DNA from: Acidimicrobiales bacterium
Lineage (GTDB): Bacteria; Actinomycetota; Acidimicrobiia; Acidimicrobiales; RAAP-2
DNA: 64,000 nt
Assembly: GCA_049790955.1 (NCBI GenBank)
Contig: JBAQZL010000097.1
Coordinates: forward strand, 13,729-77,728
Direction of reading: 5' to 3'
The notes under the pieces were generated by a model. It was not told the origin of the DNA, searched no databases, and saw only the letters and a list, made by a program, of their open reading frames with translations. A program made the position numbers and the translations under genes. Shown one piece after another: positions 18,268 to 27,558 of the stretch (its first letter is position 1; the number at the start of each line of letters is the position of its first letter).

Positions 18268-19698
18268 TTACCAGGACAGGCTGTAAGGCTCCACGGGTGC
18301 TGGAAGTGCGCTCGGCGCACCGGAGAGGAAATGATCGACAGCGTTCGCTGCACTGCGGCCTTCAGCGATGGCCCAGACGATGAGGCTCTGACCGCGCACC
18401 GCGTCGCCGCAGGCGAAGACGGGCGTTTCCCCTCCGAGGGAGGTGACACGCCACTGCCGATCAACGGACAGCGTCGCGCGCGCGGTGGTGTGGTTCTCAC
18501 CGCTGAGACCGAGCTCTTGAAGTTCGGGACCAACAAACCCAGCGGCGATCAAAACCAGATCGGCGGGAACGGTGATCTTCTCGTCGCTCATGTGGTCGAT
18601 CACGACCATGGACTGGACGCGTCCGTCGCCGTGAAACTCCAAAGTCTCGGTGGAGAATCGGCGCTCACCACCTTCGGCGTGGGCTGAGGTCGTTTTGAAA
18701 AGACGAGCCATCGTGGGCCACGGCTCTTCGGGTGGCCGTTCTTCGGGTGGTCGATCCAGAATCTCAATTTGAATGACGGACGCCGCACCGTGACGATGTA
18801 CGGTGCCGAGACAGTCGGCGCCGGTGTCGCCACCACCGAGGATCACCACGTGCAGCCCGGAGGCGCTGATGGGTGACTCGACCGCGTTATTCACGGCACG
18901 GTTTGCCGCTTCGAGAAAGGTCATGGCCGGCATCACTCCAGGCAGATCTGCTCCCGGTACGCCAAGTACTCGCGGCCTGGTGGATCCGAGCGCCAAGATG
19001 ACGGCGTCGTACTGCTCGCGTAGCCAGGACAAGGGAGTTGCGGGAGCGCCAATGTCGATGCCGGTGTGAAAGGCAACCCCCGCGTCGTGCATGACGTCGA
19101 GACGCCGATCGAGCACCGACTTCTCCATCTTGAACTCCGGGATCCCGTAGCGCAGCAGTCCCCCAATGGCATCGCTTCGCTCATAGACGCTCACCGCATG
19201 ACCCACACTTCGTAGCTGCGCGGCAGCAGCGAGTCCGGCGGGCCCCGACCCCACGACGGCAACGCTCATGCCAGTCTCGGCGGGGGTGGCCACCGAGACA
19301 TCGAAACCGTTTCGAAACGCGTGTTCGGCGACCTCGTACTCCACTCGTTCGATCGTGACGGGGTCGCTCGCGATCCCGAGCACGCACGCCGACTCGCACG
19401 GTGCCGGGCAGAGTCGCCCAGTGAACTCTGGAAAATTGTTGGTGTGAAACAACTGCTCGGCGGCTTCGTTCCACCGCGAGCGATAGACGCGGTCATTGAA
19501 TGCGGGAATTGGATTTCCGAGCGGGCAACCCTGCATGCAAAAGGGAATTCCGCAGTCCATGCACCGAGCGCCCTGGATGGCGACCTCCTCGTCACTCTGG
19601 GGCTCGTAGACCTCGTGCCAGTCGCGAAGACGCACCGCCACCGGACGGTACTGAGGGCCCTCACGAGGGTATTCGAGAAAGCCGGTGACCTTACCCAC
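18268..19698 (-). CDS. gltD: Glutamate synthase small (NADPH) subunit
   Basis: The likely start is GTG 19698 ([10 protein letters not shown]...), overlapping the gltB stop by 8 nt (GTGGGTAA). The Fe-S Cys cluster ([13 protein letters not shown]) and the FAD/NAD motif [12 protein letters not shown] are present. The track ORF extends to 19749. Confidence 0.92.
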   Translation of the reverse strand: MGKVTGFLEYPREGPQYRPVAVRLRDWHEVYEPQSDEEVAIQGARCMDCGIPFCMQGCPLGNPIPAFNDRVYRSRWNEAAEQLFHTNNFPEFTGRLCPAPCESACVLGIASDPVTIERVEYEVAEHAFRNGFDVSVATPAETGMSVAVVGSGPAGLAAAAQLRSVGHAVSVYERSDAIGGLLRYGIPEFKMEKSVLDRRLDVMHDAGVAFHTGIDIGAPATPLSWLREQYDAVILALGSTRPRVLGVPGADLPGVMPAMTFLEAANRAVNNAVESPISASGLHVVILGGGDTGADCLGTVHRHGAASVIQIEILDRPPEERPPEEPWPTMARLFKTTSAHAEGGERRFSTETLEFHGDGRVQSMVVIDHMSDEKITVPADLVLIAAGFVGPELQELGLSGENHTTARATLSVDRQWRVTSLGGETPVFACGDAVRGQSLIVWAIAEGRSAANAVDHFLSGAPSALPAPVEPYSLSW

Positions 19699-21571
19699 CC
19701 TTCGCCTCGTCACGAATTCGTTGGTACTCCGATGTCTCGATGCGCACAAAGTTCATCCGTTCCACGCGCCAGTTCTCGACAATCCACTGCGCCTTCAGCG
19801 AGCCGGTTTCGTCGCGGAACCGCTCCAGGAGAGACAGAAGTCGCTCGTCGTCGTCGCTCTCGAGCAGATCAATCTCGTAGACGCCAGCGCTCAGGTGATC
19901 GTGCACCGTGACCTCAGGGTCGTAGAGATAGAGCGTCCCGCCCGACATACCGGCCGCGAGATTTCGTCCGACGGTTCCAAGAATGACGACGACGCCGCCG
20001 GTCATGTACTCACCCGCGTGATCACCGGTTCCTTCGACAATGATCGTTGCGCCCGAGTTGCGCACCGCGCACCGCTCCCCCACTACGCCACTGATGAAGA
20101 TCTCCCCACTGGTCGCGCCGTAGCCAATGACGTTGCCCGCGATGATGTTGGTGTCACTAGCGAAGGTCGACGCGTCGTCCGGGCGAACGATGATGCGCCC
20201 ACCCGAGAGACCTTTGCCGGCATAGTCATTGGCATCGCCGTGCAGTCGCAACGTCACTCCGGCGGGAATGAAAGCGCCCAGGCTCTGACCGGCGGAGCCG
20301 ACGAGATCGATGGTCACGTGATCGTTGTTCAAGGTCCTCGCGCCCAGAGCTCGCGTGATGGCGCTGCCGGTCAGCGTGCCAACCGCGCGATGCACGTTGC
20401 GCACGGGGGTTGCGTAGGAGAACGGCTTTCCGCTGACCGCGGCGTTCACTGCTCCGGAAAGAAACTTCCAGTCCAACGCCGCGTCAAGCCCGTGATCTTG
20501 TTTGATGCTTTGACGTCGCTGTTCAGGATCGACGAGTGCGAGCAGCGCACTGAGGTCGAGATCGTTCGTCGGATCGTCCAGGGCCGTGACACTCAACTTC
20601 GTGACGTCGCCAATGAGCTCATCAAGGGTTCGTGCTCCGAGAAGCGCGAGATACTCGCGTACCTCTTCGGCTACGAACTCGAAGAAGTTCTCAACAAACT
20701 CCGGCTTGCCCGTGAAACGAGCGCGCAGCGTCGGGTTTTGAGTCGCGATGCCGACGGGACAGGTGTCGAGGTGACACACGCGCATCATCACGCACCCTGA
20801 CACCACTAACGGCGCGGTCGCAAAGCCGTACTCTTCGGCTCCCAGGAGGGCAGCAATGATGACGTCACGGCCGGTCTTCAGCTGTCCATCGGTCTGCAAG
20901 ACCACGCGACTGCGCAGCCCATTCGCCGCGAGCGTCTGATGCGCTTCGGCGAGTCCAAGTTCCCACGGCGTCCCCGCGTGCTTGAGAGACGTCAGCGGTG
21001 CTGCTCCCGTTCCCCCGTCGTGTCCCGAGATCAAAATGACGTCCGCGTGCGCCTTGGCGACGCCCGCTGCGATGGTGCCTACGCCCTGTTCGCTCACGAG
21101 CTTCACGTGAATGCGCGCCTCATCGTTCGCGTTCTTCAGGTCGTAGATCAGTTGTTTGAGATCCTCGATTGAGTAGATGTCGTGGTGCGGCGGCGGAGAG
21201 ATGAGCCCCACGCCAGGCGTGGAGTGTCGGGTCTTCGCAATCCACGGATAGACCTTGGTGCCGGGAAGCTGACCTCCTTCACCGGGCTTCGCGCCCTGGG
21301 CCATCTTGATTTGGATGTCATCGGCGTTGACGAGATAGCGGCTCGTCACCCCGAAGCGTCCGGAGGCCACCTGCTTGATGGCCGAACGTGTGTTGTGACG
21401 AGAGTCAGAGGTGTCATAGCGCTCTTCGTCTTCTCCGCCTTCGCCGGTGTTCGATTTCGCTCCGAGCCGGTTCATGGCCACGGCAAGAGTCGTGTGGGCC
21501 TCTTCGGAGATTGAGCCGTAGGACATAGCGCCACTGCTAATGCGCTTCTCGATCGACGAGACGCTCTCCAC
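19691..21571 (-). CDS. gltB: Glutamate synthase large subunit, C-terminal part (FMN/TIM-barrel plus GXGXG beta-helix domains)
   Basis: 626 aa beginning (V)[47 protein letters not shown]. It is in the same frame as ORF 21578..24166 and separated from it only by TAG-GAC-GAG. See the finding at 21569..21580. Confidence 0.85.
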   Translation of the reverse strand: MESVSSIEKRISSGAMSYGSISEEAHTTLAVAMNRLGAKSNTGEGGEDEERYDTSDSRHNTRSAIKQVASGRFGVTSRYLVNADDIQIKMAQGAKPGEGGQLPGTKVYPWIAKTRHSTPGVGLISPPPHHDIYSIEDLKQLIYDLKNANDEARIHVKLVSEQGVGTIAAGVAKAHADVILISGHDGGTGAAPLTSLKHAGTPWELGLAEAHQTLAANGLRSRVVLQTDGQLKTGRDVIIAALLGAEEYGFATAPLVVSGCVMMRVCHLDTCPVGIATQNPTLRARFTGKPEFVENFFEFVAEEVREYLALLGARTLDELIGDVTKLSVTALDDPTNDLDLSALLALVDPEQRRQSIKQDHGLDAALDWKFLSGAVNAAVSGKPFSYATPVRNVHRAVGTLTGSAITRALGARTLNNDHVTIDLVGSAGQSLGAFIPAGVTLRLHGDANDYAGKGLSGGRIIVRPDDASTFASDTNIIAGNVIGYGATSGEIFISGVVGERCAVRNSGATIIVEGTGDHAGEYMTGGVVVILGTVGRNLAAGMSGGTLYLYDPEVTVHDHLSAGVYEIDLLESDDDERLLSLLERFRDETGSLKAQWIVENWRVERMNFVRIETSEYQRIRDEAKGG

Positions 21572-21577
21572 CTCGTC

Positions 21578-21580
21578 CTA
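21578..21580 (-). other. In-frame amber (TAG) codon interrupting gltB
   Basis: Minus-strand codons read ...CCG(P) TAG(*) GAC(D) GAG(E) GTG(V) GAG(E).... Both flanking ORFs share a reading frame: 21578 and 19691 are congruent mod 3. Confidence 0.9.
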
Positions 21581-24166
21581 CGGCAGCGGTGTCGCACTCG
21601 ACACCAGGTTGAGTAACGAGCGCAACGTGAGCTTGCCGCTGCTCTGCTCATCGACCATTGCCGAGTACTGCTTGAAAAGATCAAACCGTTTCTCGCGAGT
21701 CGCGTGCTGAAGCTTTTGCACCGTGCGCGGATTGAAGAGATGCAGTTCACCATCTCGGCGCCATTGGTACTCACCGTGGTTGGTGATGTCGACGTGTTGG
21801 GTTTCCGCGTCGAAGGCCGAGGCGTGTTGTCGCAGGACATCGCGCGCCACGTGTTCCAAGGTGATGCCGCCCAGACGCGAGTGAAATCCGGGGAAATAAC
21901 GGCCCAGAATGTCGTCAGACACCCCAATGGGCTCGAAGAGCTGAGAACCGACGTAACTGGCCACTGTGCTGACACCCATCTTGGACATCACCTTGACGAC
22001 GCCCTTGTTGAGAGTCTTTCCGTATTGGTAGCGCGCTTCGAAGGCGGTGAGTTCGCTGAGTTCTCCCGTCGCCACGAGCGCGTCGATCGACTCGTAGGCC
22101 AGGTAGGGACATACCGCCGACGCGCCAAAGCCCAACAGCAAGGCAACGTGGTGAATCTCTCGCACGTCACCGGCTTCGATGATCAGCGCGGCGCTGGTGC
22201 GCAGATGTTCATCAACCAAGCGGTGGTGAACGGCCGAGGCGAGGAGGAGGCTAGGAATCGCGGCGTGCGTGGCCGACGTCCCACGATCGCTCAGGATGAC
22301 CACGTTGACGCCGCTTCTCACCTGGGCCACGACGTCGTTGGTGACGTGCTCGAGGGCGATGGAGAGCCGTTCGGCGGCGCTCTCAGGCCCATGGGCGGGA
22401 AACAGTCCGTCAATGGCGGCCGTGCGGAATCCCTCAATTCCTGGCTGCTCGTCGATATAGCGAATCTTCAACAGCTCGTGCACACTGAGGACGGGAGACG
22501 GCAGCACGATCTGATGACAGTGCTCCTCGCTCTCGCGCAGGAGGTTCTCTTCACCGCCAATGACGACGCGCGTCGATGTCACGAGCTCTTCGCGTATCGC
22601 GTCCAGGGGCGGGTTCGTTACCTGGGCGAAGAGTTGACTGAAGTAGTCGAAGATAGAACGCGGAAGGGATGACAGAGCGGGCAACGTCGTGTCCGAGCCC
22701 ATGGAACCGACCGGTTCTTCGCCGACCTGAGCCATGTGGCGCACGATCATGCGCAGGTCCTCTTCGGAATACCCGAAGCTCTTCTGGAGACGCACCACCG
22801 AGGCGTACTCGGGCGTCAACGCCTCGGGAACGTCAATGGCGTCGAGCGACAACTGGTGTCGATCCAGCCACTCGCCGTAGGGAGCGGCGTTCGCCAGCGA
22901 GGACTTCAACTCTTCGTCGTCGATGATGCGACCCTGGGCGACGTCGACGAGGAAGACTCTCCCCGGTTGGAGGCGACCCTTTCGCTCAATATTTGCCGGA
23001 TCGATCGGTAGCACTCCCACTTCGCTAGAGAGAATGACGCGCTGATCCTTCGTCACCCAGTAGCGCGCCGGTCGCAGACCGTTGCGGTCGAGAACCGCGC
23101 CGGCCACCGTGCCGTCACAGAAAGTCACCGACGCCGGACCGTCCCAGGGCTCCATGAGTCCGGCGTGATACCGATAGAACGCGCGCCGTGCGGGACTCAT
23201 GCCCGTCGAGCGTTCCCAGGCTTCGGGGATCATCATCAACACCGCGTGCGGCAGCGATCGCCCCGCGTGAACCAGCAGTTCGACCACCTCGTCAAAACTG
23301 GCCGAGTCGCTCATGTTCGGAGTGATGATAGGCGTGAGTTCTTTCAGGGGAAGGGAAAATGCGTCACTTTCCAACGTGGTTTCGCGCGCGGTCATCCAGT
23401 TGCGATTCCCCCGCACGGTGTTGATCTCGCCGTTGTGAGCGATGTAGCGAAAGGGTTGCGCCAAATCCCAGCGAGGCAGAACGTTGGTCGAGAACCGACT
23501 GTGCACGACGGCAATGGCCGAGGTGAGTCGATCATCGGTCAAGTCTTTGAAGTAGAGCCTCAGCTGCGGCGCCGTCAACATTCCCTTGTAGATCAAGACT
23601 TTCGACGAACATGATGAGGCGTATACGTCCAGGCGGTGTTCAATGACCTTTCGAGCGCAGAAGAGGGCCTGCTCGAGATCGAAGGTCGATGTCGCGTCGG
23701 CCCGCACTATGAGTTGCTGGAAGAAAAGAGGCTCCGCGGCACGCGATGTCGGACCTAGAAGCGAAGGGTCGACGGGAACGTCGCGCCAGGACTGTGACGC
23801 CAGACCGACTCTCGCGAGTTCGGTGTCAATCTCGTGGCTCAGGGCCGCAACGTCGGCGTCACGAGGCACCATCCACTGCGCAATGCCGTAAGCCCCCTGT
23901 GCCGGGACATCGTCGAAAACGTCGCGGATGAAGGAGTCGGGCAGCTGCGTGAGAATTCCCGCACCGTCGCCCGAGTCAACGTCCGAACCCGTGGCGCCGC
24001 GGTGTTCAAGATTTTCGAGGATGGTGAGAGCGTCTCGAACTGTGTCGTTGGTCGCGCGGCCGGTCAGATCCGCGACCATGCCCACGCCGCAGGCGTCATG
24101 TTCGAATGAGGGGTCGTAAAGGTTCTTGGTCATAGCGTTTGTCATGGGGCAACGCTGACCCGACAC
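21578..24166 (-). CDS. gltB: Glutamate synthase large subunit, N-terminal part (Ntn amidotransferase plus central domain), ending at an in-frame TAG
   Basis: 862-aa ORF. ...LYDPSFEHDACGVGMVADL... contains the catalytic Cys1 context. Possible starts are GTG 24166, ATG 24145 and ATG 24133, and none has a clear SD. It ends ...LLNLVSSATPLP* just before the conserved DEVE(P) linker. Confidence 0.85.
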   Translation of the reverse strand: MSGQRCPMTNAMTKNLYDPSFEHDACGVGMVADLTGRATNDTVRDALTILENLEHRGATGSDVDSGDGAGILTQLPDSFIRDVFDDVPAQGAYGIAQWMVPRDADVAALSHEIDTELARVGLASQSWRDVPVDPSLLGPTSRAAEPLFFQQLIVRADATSTFDLEQALFCARKVIEHRLDVYASSCSSKVLIYKGMLTAPQLRLYFKDLTDDRLTSAIAVVHSRFSTNVLPRWDLAQPFRYIAHNGEINTVRGNRNWMTARETTLESDAFSLPLKELTPIITPNMSDSASFDEVVELLVHAGRSLPHAVLMMIPEAWERSTGMSPARRAFYRYHAGLMEPWDGPASVTFCDGTVAGAVLDRNGLRPARYWVTKDQRVILSSEVGVLPIDPANIERKGRLQPGRVFLVDVAQGRIIDDEELKSSLANAAPYGEWLDRHQLSLDAIDVPEALTPEYASVVRLQKSFGYSEEDLRMIVRHMAQVGEEPVGSMGSDTTLPALSSLPRSIFDYFSQLFAQVTNPPLDAIREELVTSTRVVIGGEENLLRESEEHCHQIVLPSPVLSVHELLKIRYIDEQPGIEGFRTAAIDGLFPAHGPESAAERLSIALEHVTNDVVAQVRSGVNVVILSDRGTSATHAAIPSLLLASAVHHRLVDEHLRTSAALIIEAGDVREIHHVALLLGFGASAVCPYLAYESIDALVATGELSELTAFEARYQYGKTLNKGVVKVMSKMGVSTVASYVGSQLFEPIGVSDDILGRYFPGFHSRLGGITLEHVARDVLRQHASAFDAETQHVDITNHGEYQWRRDGELHLFNPRTVQKLQHATREKRFDLFKQYSAMVDEQSSGKLTLRSLLNLVSSATPLP

Positions 24167-24212
24167 AACTATACCGAACGAACCAGAATCTTCTTCGCTC
24201 TACTGTGGTTGC

Positions 24213-25283
24213 GTGAGTTCGACTCGAGGTGATGCGCTCGTCGTCGGCGGCGGCGTTATCGGCATGACCAGCGCTTTTCGCCTGGCGAACGATGGCTGGC
24301 GCGTCACGCTCTTCGATTCGAACCCTGGAAAAGGGGCGACGTGGGCCGCGGCCGGCATGATCGCTCCTAGCGGCGAGATTGCGCCTGGCGAACGCGAGAA
24401 CTATGTACGACAGCGCGGAGCGCTTGCGGCGTGGCGAACCGTCGCGAAGGAGATACTTGACCTGTGCGGTCAGACGATCCTCATCTCTCAAACGGGGACG
24501 CTCCTCGTGGGCTTTGACTCAGGTGACCGGCGCCTCGTTGATCAGTTCGACCTCGTAGCTAACGAGTTCGGTGTCGCCGGCGAACGCGTCACTCGCGACA
24601 CGCACGGTTCATTTTTTGAAGGTATCAGTGCGCGGGTACGAGACGGCCTGTACTACTGCGACGACGCCTGGGTCGACCCCGATCAAGTGATGGAGCTGTT
24701 AAATCGCGCCAACGATCTTCTTGGAGTCACCGTCATTCGTGAACAGGTGACGAACGCGACGACCGCGAACGGAGGAGTCGAAGTCACCACGCCCACGGGT
24801 ACCTATCACGGAAAAGTGGGGCTACTCGCGACCGGATCAAGCCCGCTCCCCGACGGGGTTGGCCAACGAGTTGCCCACCTGGTACGTCCGGTGCGCGGAA
24901 TGACGGTGCGGGTAAAGGGTATTGATCGTTCCGACGAACCCGTCGTGCGCGCGTACGTGAGAGGTCGGTCGTGCTACCTCGTCAGTCGGCCCGGCGGTTA
25001 CTGCATTGTCGGGGCGTCGTCCGACGAACAAGGTGAACTCGGCGTAGAAGTGGGTGAATTACAGCGACTCTTACGCGACGCGCTGGACATCGTCCCCGCC
25101 TTGGAGACGGCGGAGGTTCTGGAAACGCGCCAGGGTCTGCGCCCCGCCAGCAAGGATCTTTCGCCTTTTCTCGAGATTGTGGACGAACGCTGGGCCTGGA
25201 TGTCCGGCCACTATCGCCACGGCGTCACTCTGGCGGCACTCACCTCACTCGACGCCGTTGACTTTGCGCGAAGCGTCTCGTGA
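24213..25283 (+). CDS. thiO: Glycine oxidase ThiO (FAD-dependent)
   Basis: 356 aa with the dinucleotide fold ALVVGGGVIGMTSAF. It lies immediately upstream of thiS and overlaps it (GTGA). Confidence 0.8.
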   Translation: MSSTRGDALVVGGGVIGMTSAFRLANDGWRVTLFDSNPGKGATWAAAGMIAPSGEIAPGERENYVRQRGALAAWRTVAKEILDLCGQTILISQTGTLLVGFDSGDRRLVDQFDLVANEFGVAGERVTRDTHGSFFEGISARVRDGLYYCDDAWVDPDQVMELLNRANDLLGVTVIREQVTNATTANGGVEVTTPTGTYHGKVGLLATGSSPLPDGVGQRVAHLVRPVRGMTVRVKGIDRSDEPVVRAYVRGRSCYLVSRPGGYCIVGASSDEQGELGVEVGELQRLLRDALDIVPALETAEVLETRQGLRPASKDLSPFLEIVDERWAWMSGHYRHGVTLAALTSLDAVDFARSVS

Positions 25284-25474
25284 TACGGGTCAATGGCGAC
25301 AGTGAAGAGTTCCTCGACGAGACGGTGTTGGATCTGCTGCAACGCCGGGGTATTGAACCGCGCGGTATCGCCGTGGCGTTAGACGGCGAGGTCGTTCGTC
25401 GCGGTGCCTGGAGCGAGACGAAAGTTCACGACGGTACTCAAGTAGAAATAGTGACGGCCGCGGCCGGAGGATGA
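25280..25474 (+). CDS. thiS: Sulfur-carrier protein ThiS
   Basis: 64 aa with the ubiquitin-like length, ...VALDGEVVRRGAWSETKVHDGTQVEIVTAAAGG and a terminal GG. Confidence 0.85.
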   Translation: MIRVNGDSEEFLDETVLDLLQRRGIEPRGIAVALDGEVVRRGAWSETKVHDGTQVEIVTAAAGG

Positions 25475-25484
25475 GGAGAACAAC

Positions 25485-25640
25485 ATGGCAATCGACGAAT
25501 TAGTTGAAGCGCTCGATCGACGCATCCTCGAGGCGCTGGAGGCGAAATCCACCGGCGAGTCAATTGCGTACCTCTGCGAAGCGCGCGCGTGGCTCACGAA
25601 TCCCGCGGAGTCGCACGGTTCACATCGGCCAGCCAGTTGA
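25485..25640 (+). CDS. Hypothetical 51-aa protein (below the ORF-track cutoff)
   Basis: Own translation: MAIDELVEALDRRILEALEAKSTGESIAYLCEARAWLTNPAESHGSHRPAS. GAGGAG lies 6 nt upstream of the ATG. Third-position G+C is about two-thirds by hand count, similar to neighbouring genes. No family recognised. Confidence 0.35.
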   Translation: MAIDELVEALDRRILEALEAKSTGESIAYLCEARAWLTNPAESHGSHRPAS

Positions 25641-25667
25641 CTGCGCCGGAGTAGGATTGACCCTTCA

Positions 25668-25746
25668 CGGGCTGTGGCTTAGTTTGGTCTAGAGCGCTCG
25701 GCTGGGGGCCGAGAGATCGGGAGTTCAAATCTCCCCAGCCCGACCA
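25668..25746 (+). tRNA. tRNA-Pro (anticodon GGG), CCA encoded
   Basis: Hand-folded cloverleaf. Acceptor CGGGCTG/CAGCCCG. D-stem GCTT/GAGC with an 11-nt loop. Anticodon stem CTCGG/CCGAG with loop C-T-GGG-G-G. Variable loop AGATC. T-arm GGGAG-TTCAAAT-CTCCC. Discriminator A plus CCA. Confidence 0.85.
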
Positions 25747-26449
25747 AAGACTCATCATCAACATGGATTGGCCACTCGTAGCGCCCGGCAGTTATTGGGG
25801 ATTCACCTTTTTTCTCCAGGTACCTCGAGAAGCTGCCGAGCCAATCCTGGTACCACGAGCGCAGCGCGACGTTGGCGTACGCCCCGTCGAGTAGATCAAG
25901 ATCCGGGAAGCGACGACGCATCGTTTCGAGAACCACGAGACTTGCTTCGGCATCGTAGGCCGCCGAGTGAGCGTTCGAGAGAGTCACCTCGTAGTGCCCG
26001 CATAGGTCGGTCAACTTACGAGAACCCTTGCGCCACTTATCAAAGTGCCGATCCAGGACCAGCACGTCCATCACACTCCCAATGTGGCCGCGCTGTTGTA
26101 GTGGCACGAGACCGAGCCGACGACACATCGAGTCCATCATGGTGAGGTCGTAGCTGACGTTCATGCCGACGATCACACCCCCGTCGCGCCAGACGTCGTG
26201 CAGCTTTTTAACGATCACTTCGGTGGCCTCTGCGAGCGGCATGGCATCGACGACCATGTCGTCGGTGATGCCATGCACGGCACACGCTCCGGCCGGAATC
26301 TCGCGTCCCGGATTGACCAGACCGCCCTCAAAGACGGACAGGAGCCGAGAGCCATCGTCGACTCGCTCAACGAAACTGTACGAAACGGGAACGTCGAGGA
26401 AGGAACTGACTCCGGTTGTTTCGAGGTCAAAGCCAACGTACCGAGTCAC
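25679..26449 (-). CDS. DEDDh (DnaQ-like) 3'-5' exonuclease
   Basis: Exo motifs are present: FDLETTG, ...VGMNVSYDL... and HSAAYDAEAS. The likely start is GTG 26449 ((V)TRYVGFDLETTG). The track ORF starts at TTG 26554 and would overlap the FAH gene. The last ~22 codons are antisense to tRNA-Pro. Confidence 0.8.
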   Translation of the reverse strand: MTRYVGFDLETTGVSSFLDVPVSYSFVERVDDGSRLLSVFEGGLVNPGREIPAGACAVHGITDDMVVDAMPLAEATEVIVKKLHDVWRDGGVIVGMNVSYDLTMMDSMCRRLGLVPLQQRGHIGSVMDVLVLDRHFDKWRKGSRKLTDLCGHYEVTLSNAHSAAYDAEASLVVLETMRRRFPDLDLLDGAYANVALRSWYQDWLGSFSRYLEKKGESPITAGRYEWPIHVDDESLVGLGRFELPISRPPAERSRPN

Positions 26450-26516
26450 GTTCGCTGCCGTCGTCGCATTTGTATCAACGCTAGTGAGCGACGATGCGAA
26501 AACGGTGGATGTGGAG

Positions 26517-27368
26517 CTACACCGCCAAGTTTTCGATGCGGCCCAAACGTTCAATCTCGGTGACGATGTGATCGCCGGGCTTTAAGAAGACGGGAGGCTT
26601 TTGACCTTGGCCGACACCGTGGGGACTGCCGGTGAAGATCAGGTCGCCGGGACGAAGTTCAACAATGTTGCTGAGGTAGCTGACAATCTCACCAACGCTG
26701 AAAACCATGTCGTCCGTGGAGGAGTTCTGGTAGACGACACCGTTCACTTGGCACGTAATGCCGAGTTCATTGGGATTAGAGATCTCGTCGGCCGTCGTCA
26801 ACCAGGGACCAACGGGTGTGAAGTTCTGGTGAGATTTTCCGAGTGAGAACTGCGCCTGTGCACCGCGCATCTGCAAACTGCGTTCCGAGAAGTCTTGGCC
26901 CACGCAGTACCCGCCAATCACGCCGAGGGCATCGTCTGTCGTGAGATTGCGCGATCGCTTGCCAATGACGACGACGAGTTCGGCCTCGAAGTCGGTCGTC
27001 GCTCCACGCACCGGGAGGTCAGCATTCGGGCCGCACAACGAAGAGACAAACTTCGTGAAGACCATCGGCTCGCTCGGCAGTGTCAGGTTCATCTCGTTCG
27101 CGTGATGGCGGTAGTTGAGACCAATGGCGAAGATCTGCTGAGGGTTCGCCACGACGGGTCCGAGTCGCGGATCCTTGGAGAAGTCGTTGGGCTTGATGTG
27201 CTCGCTGACGTCGGGTTGCGCCGAGTCAAACCACGTCTTCAGAGTGTCAAGCTGGGCGATGCATTTATCGACGGAAGCGGAGAAGGCGCCATTCGAGCCA
27301 GTCGCGACGTCAAGGATGCCTTCGTCGGTCACGATGGTTGCCCGACCGGCGAGGTTGGCAATTCGCAT
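26517..27368 (-). CDS. Fumarylacetoacetate hydrolase (FAH) family protein
   Basis: 283 aa. ...IFAIGLNYRHHANEM...DFEAELVVVIGK...GDLIFTGSPHGVG... carries typical FAH-fold motifs. Confidence 0.85.
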   Translation of the reverse strand: MRIANLAGRATIVTDEGILDVATGSNGAFSASVDKCIAQLDTLKTWFDSAQPDVSEHIKPNDFSKDPRLGPVVANPQQIFAIGLNYRHHANEMNLTLPSEPMVFTKFVSSLCGPNADLPVRGATTDFEAELVVVIGKRSRNLTTDDALGVIGGYCVGQDFSERSLQMRGAQAQFSLGKSHQNFTPVGPWLTTADEISNPNELGITCQVNGVVYQNSSTDDMVFSVGEIVSYLSNIVELRPGDLIFTGSPHGVGQGQKPPVFLKPGDHIVTEIERLGRIENLAV

Positions 27369-27558
27369 GAATATACGGTTCTTTCATTCAGTGATACGTG
27401 GGAGGGACTCATTCATTTTACGACCCCAGCGACACAGCCCAACTCCGGACGCAGCCAAGAGCTCTCGCAGAGAGCACTGAAGATGCAGGGGGCGCCGGTA
27501 GAATTGGCCTGACCGGCCGGGGCGAGACCCCGGATTCGCGAAGACTCGCGAGTACGTC

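Noticed and set aside
19685-22672. Long plus-strand ORFs (19685..20800, 371 aa; 21704..22672, 322 aa)
   Set aside because: They are antisense shadows of gltB with no recognisable motifs, and they span conserved gltB domains.
24121-24212. Possible TPP (THI-box) riboswitch upstream of thiO
   Set aside because: The spacer is only 46-79 nt, depending on the gltB start. It lacks the conserved CUGAGA and ACCUGAUC..GG.UAAU.CC.GCG.AGGGA elements. Only a vague GGGGC...CUGA...CCC resemblance exists.
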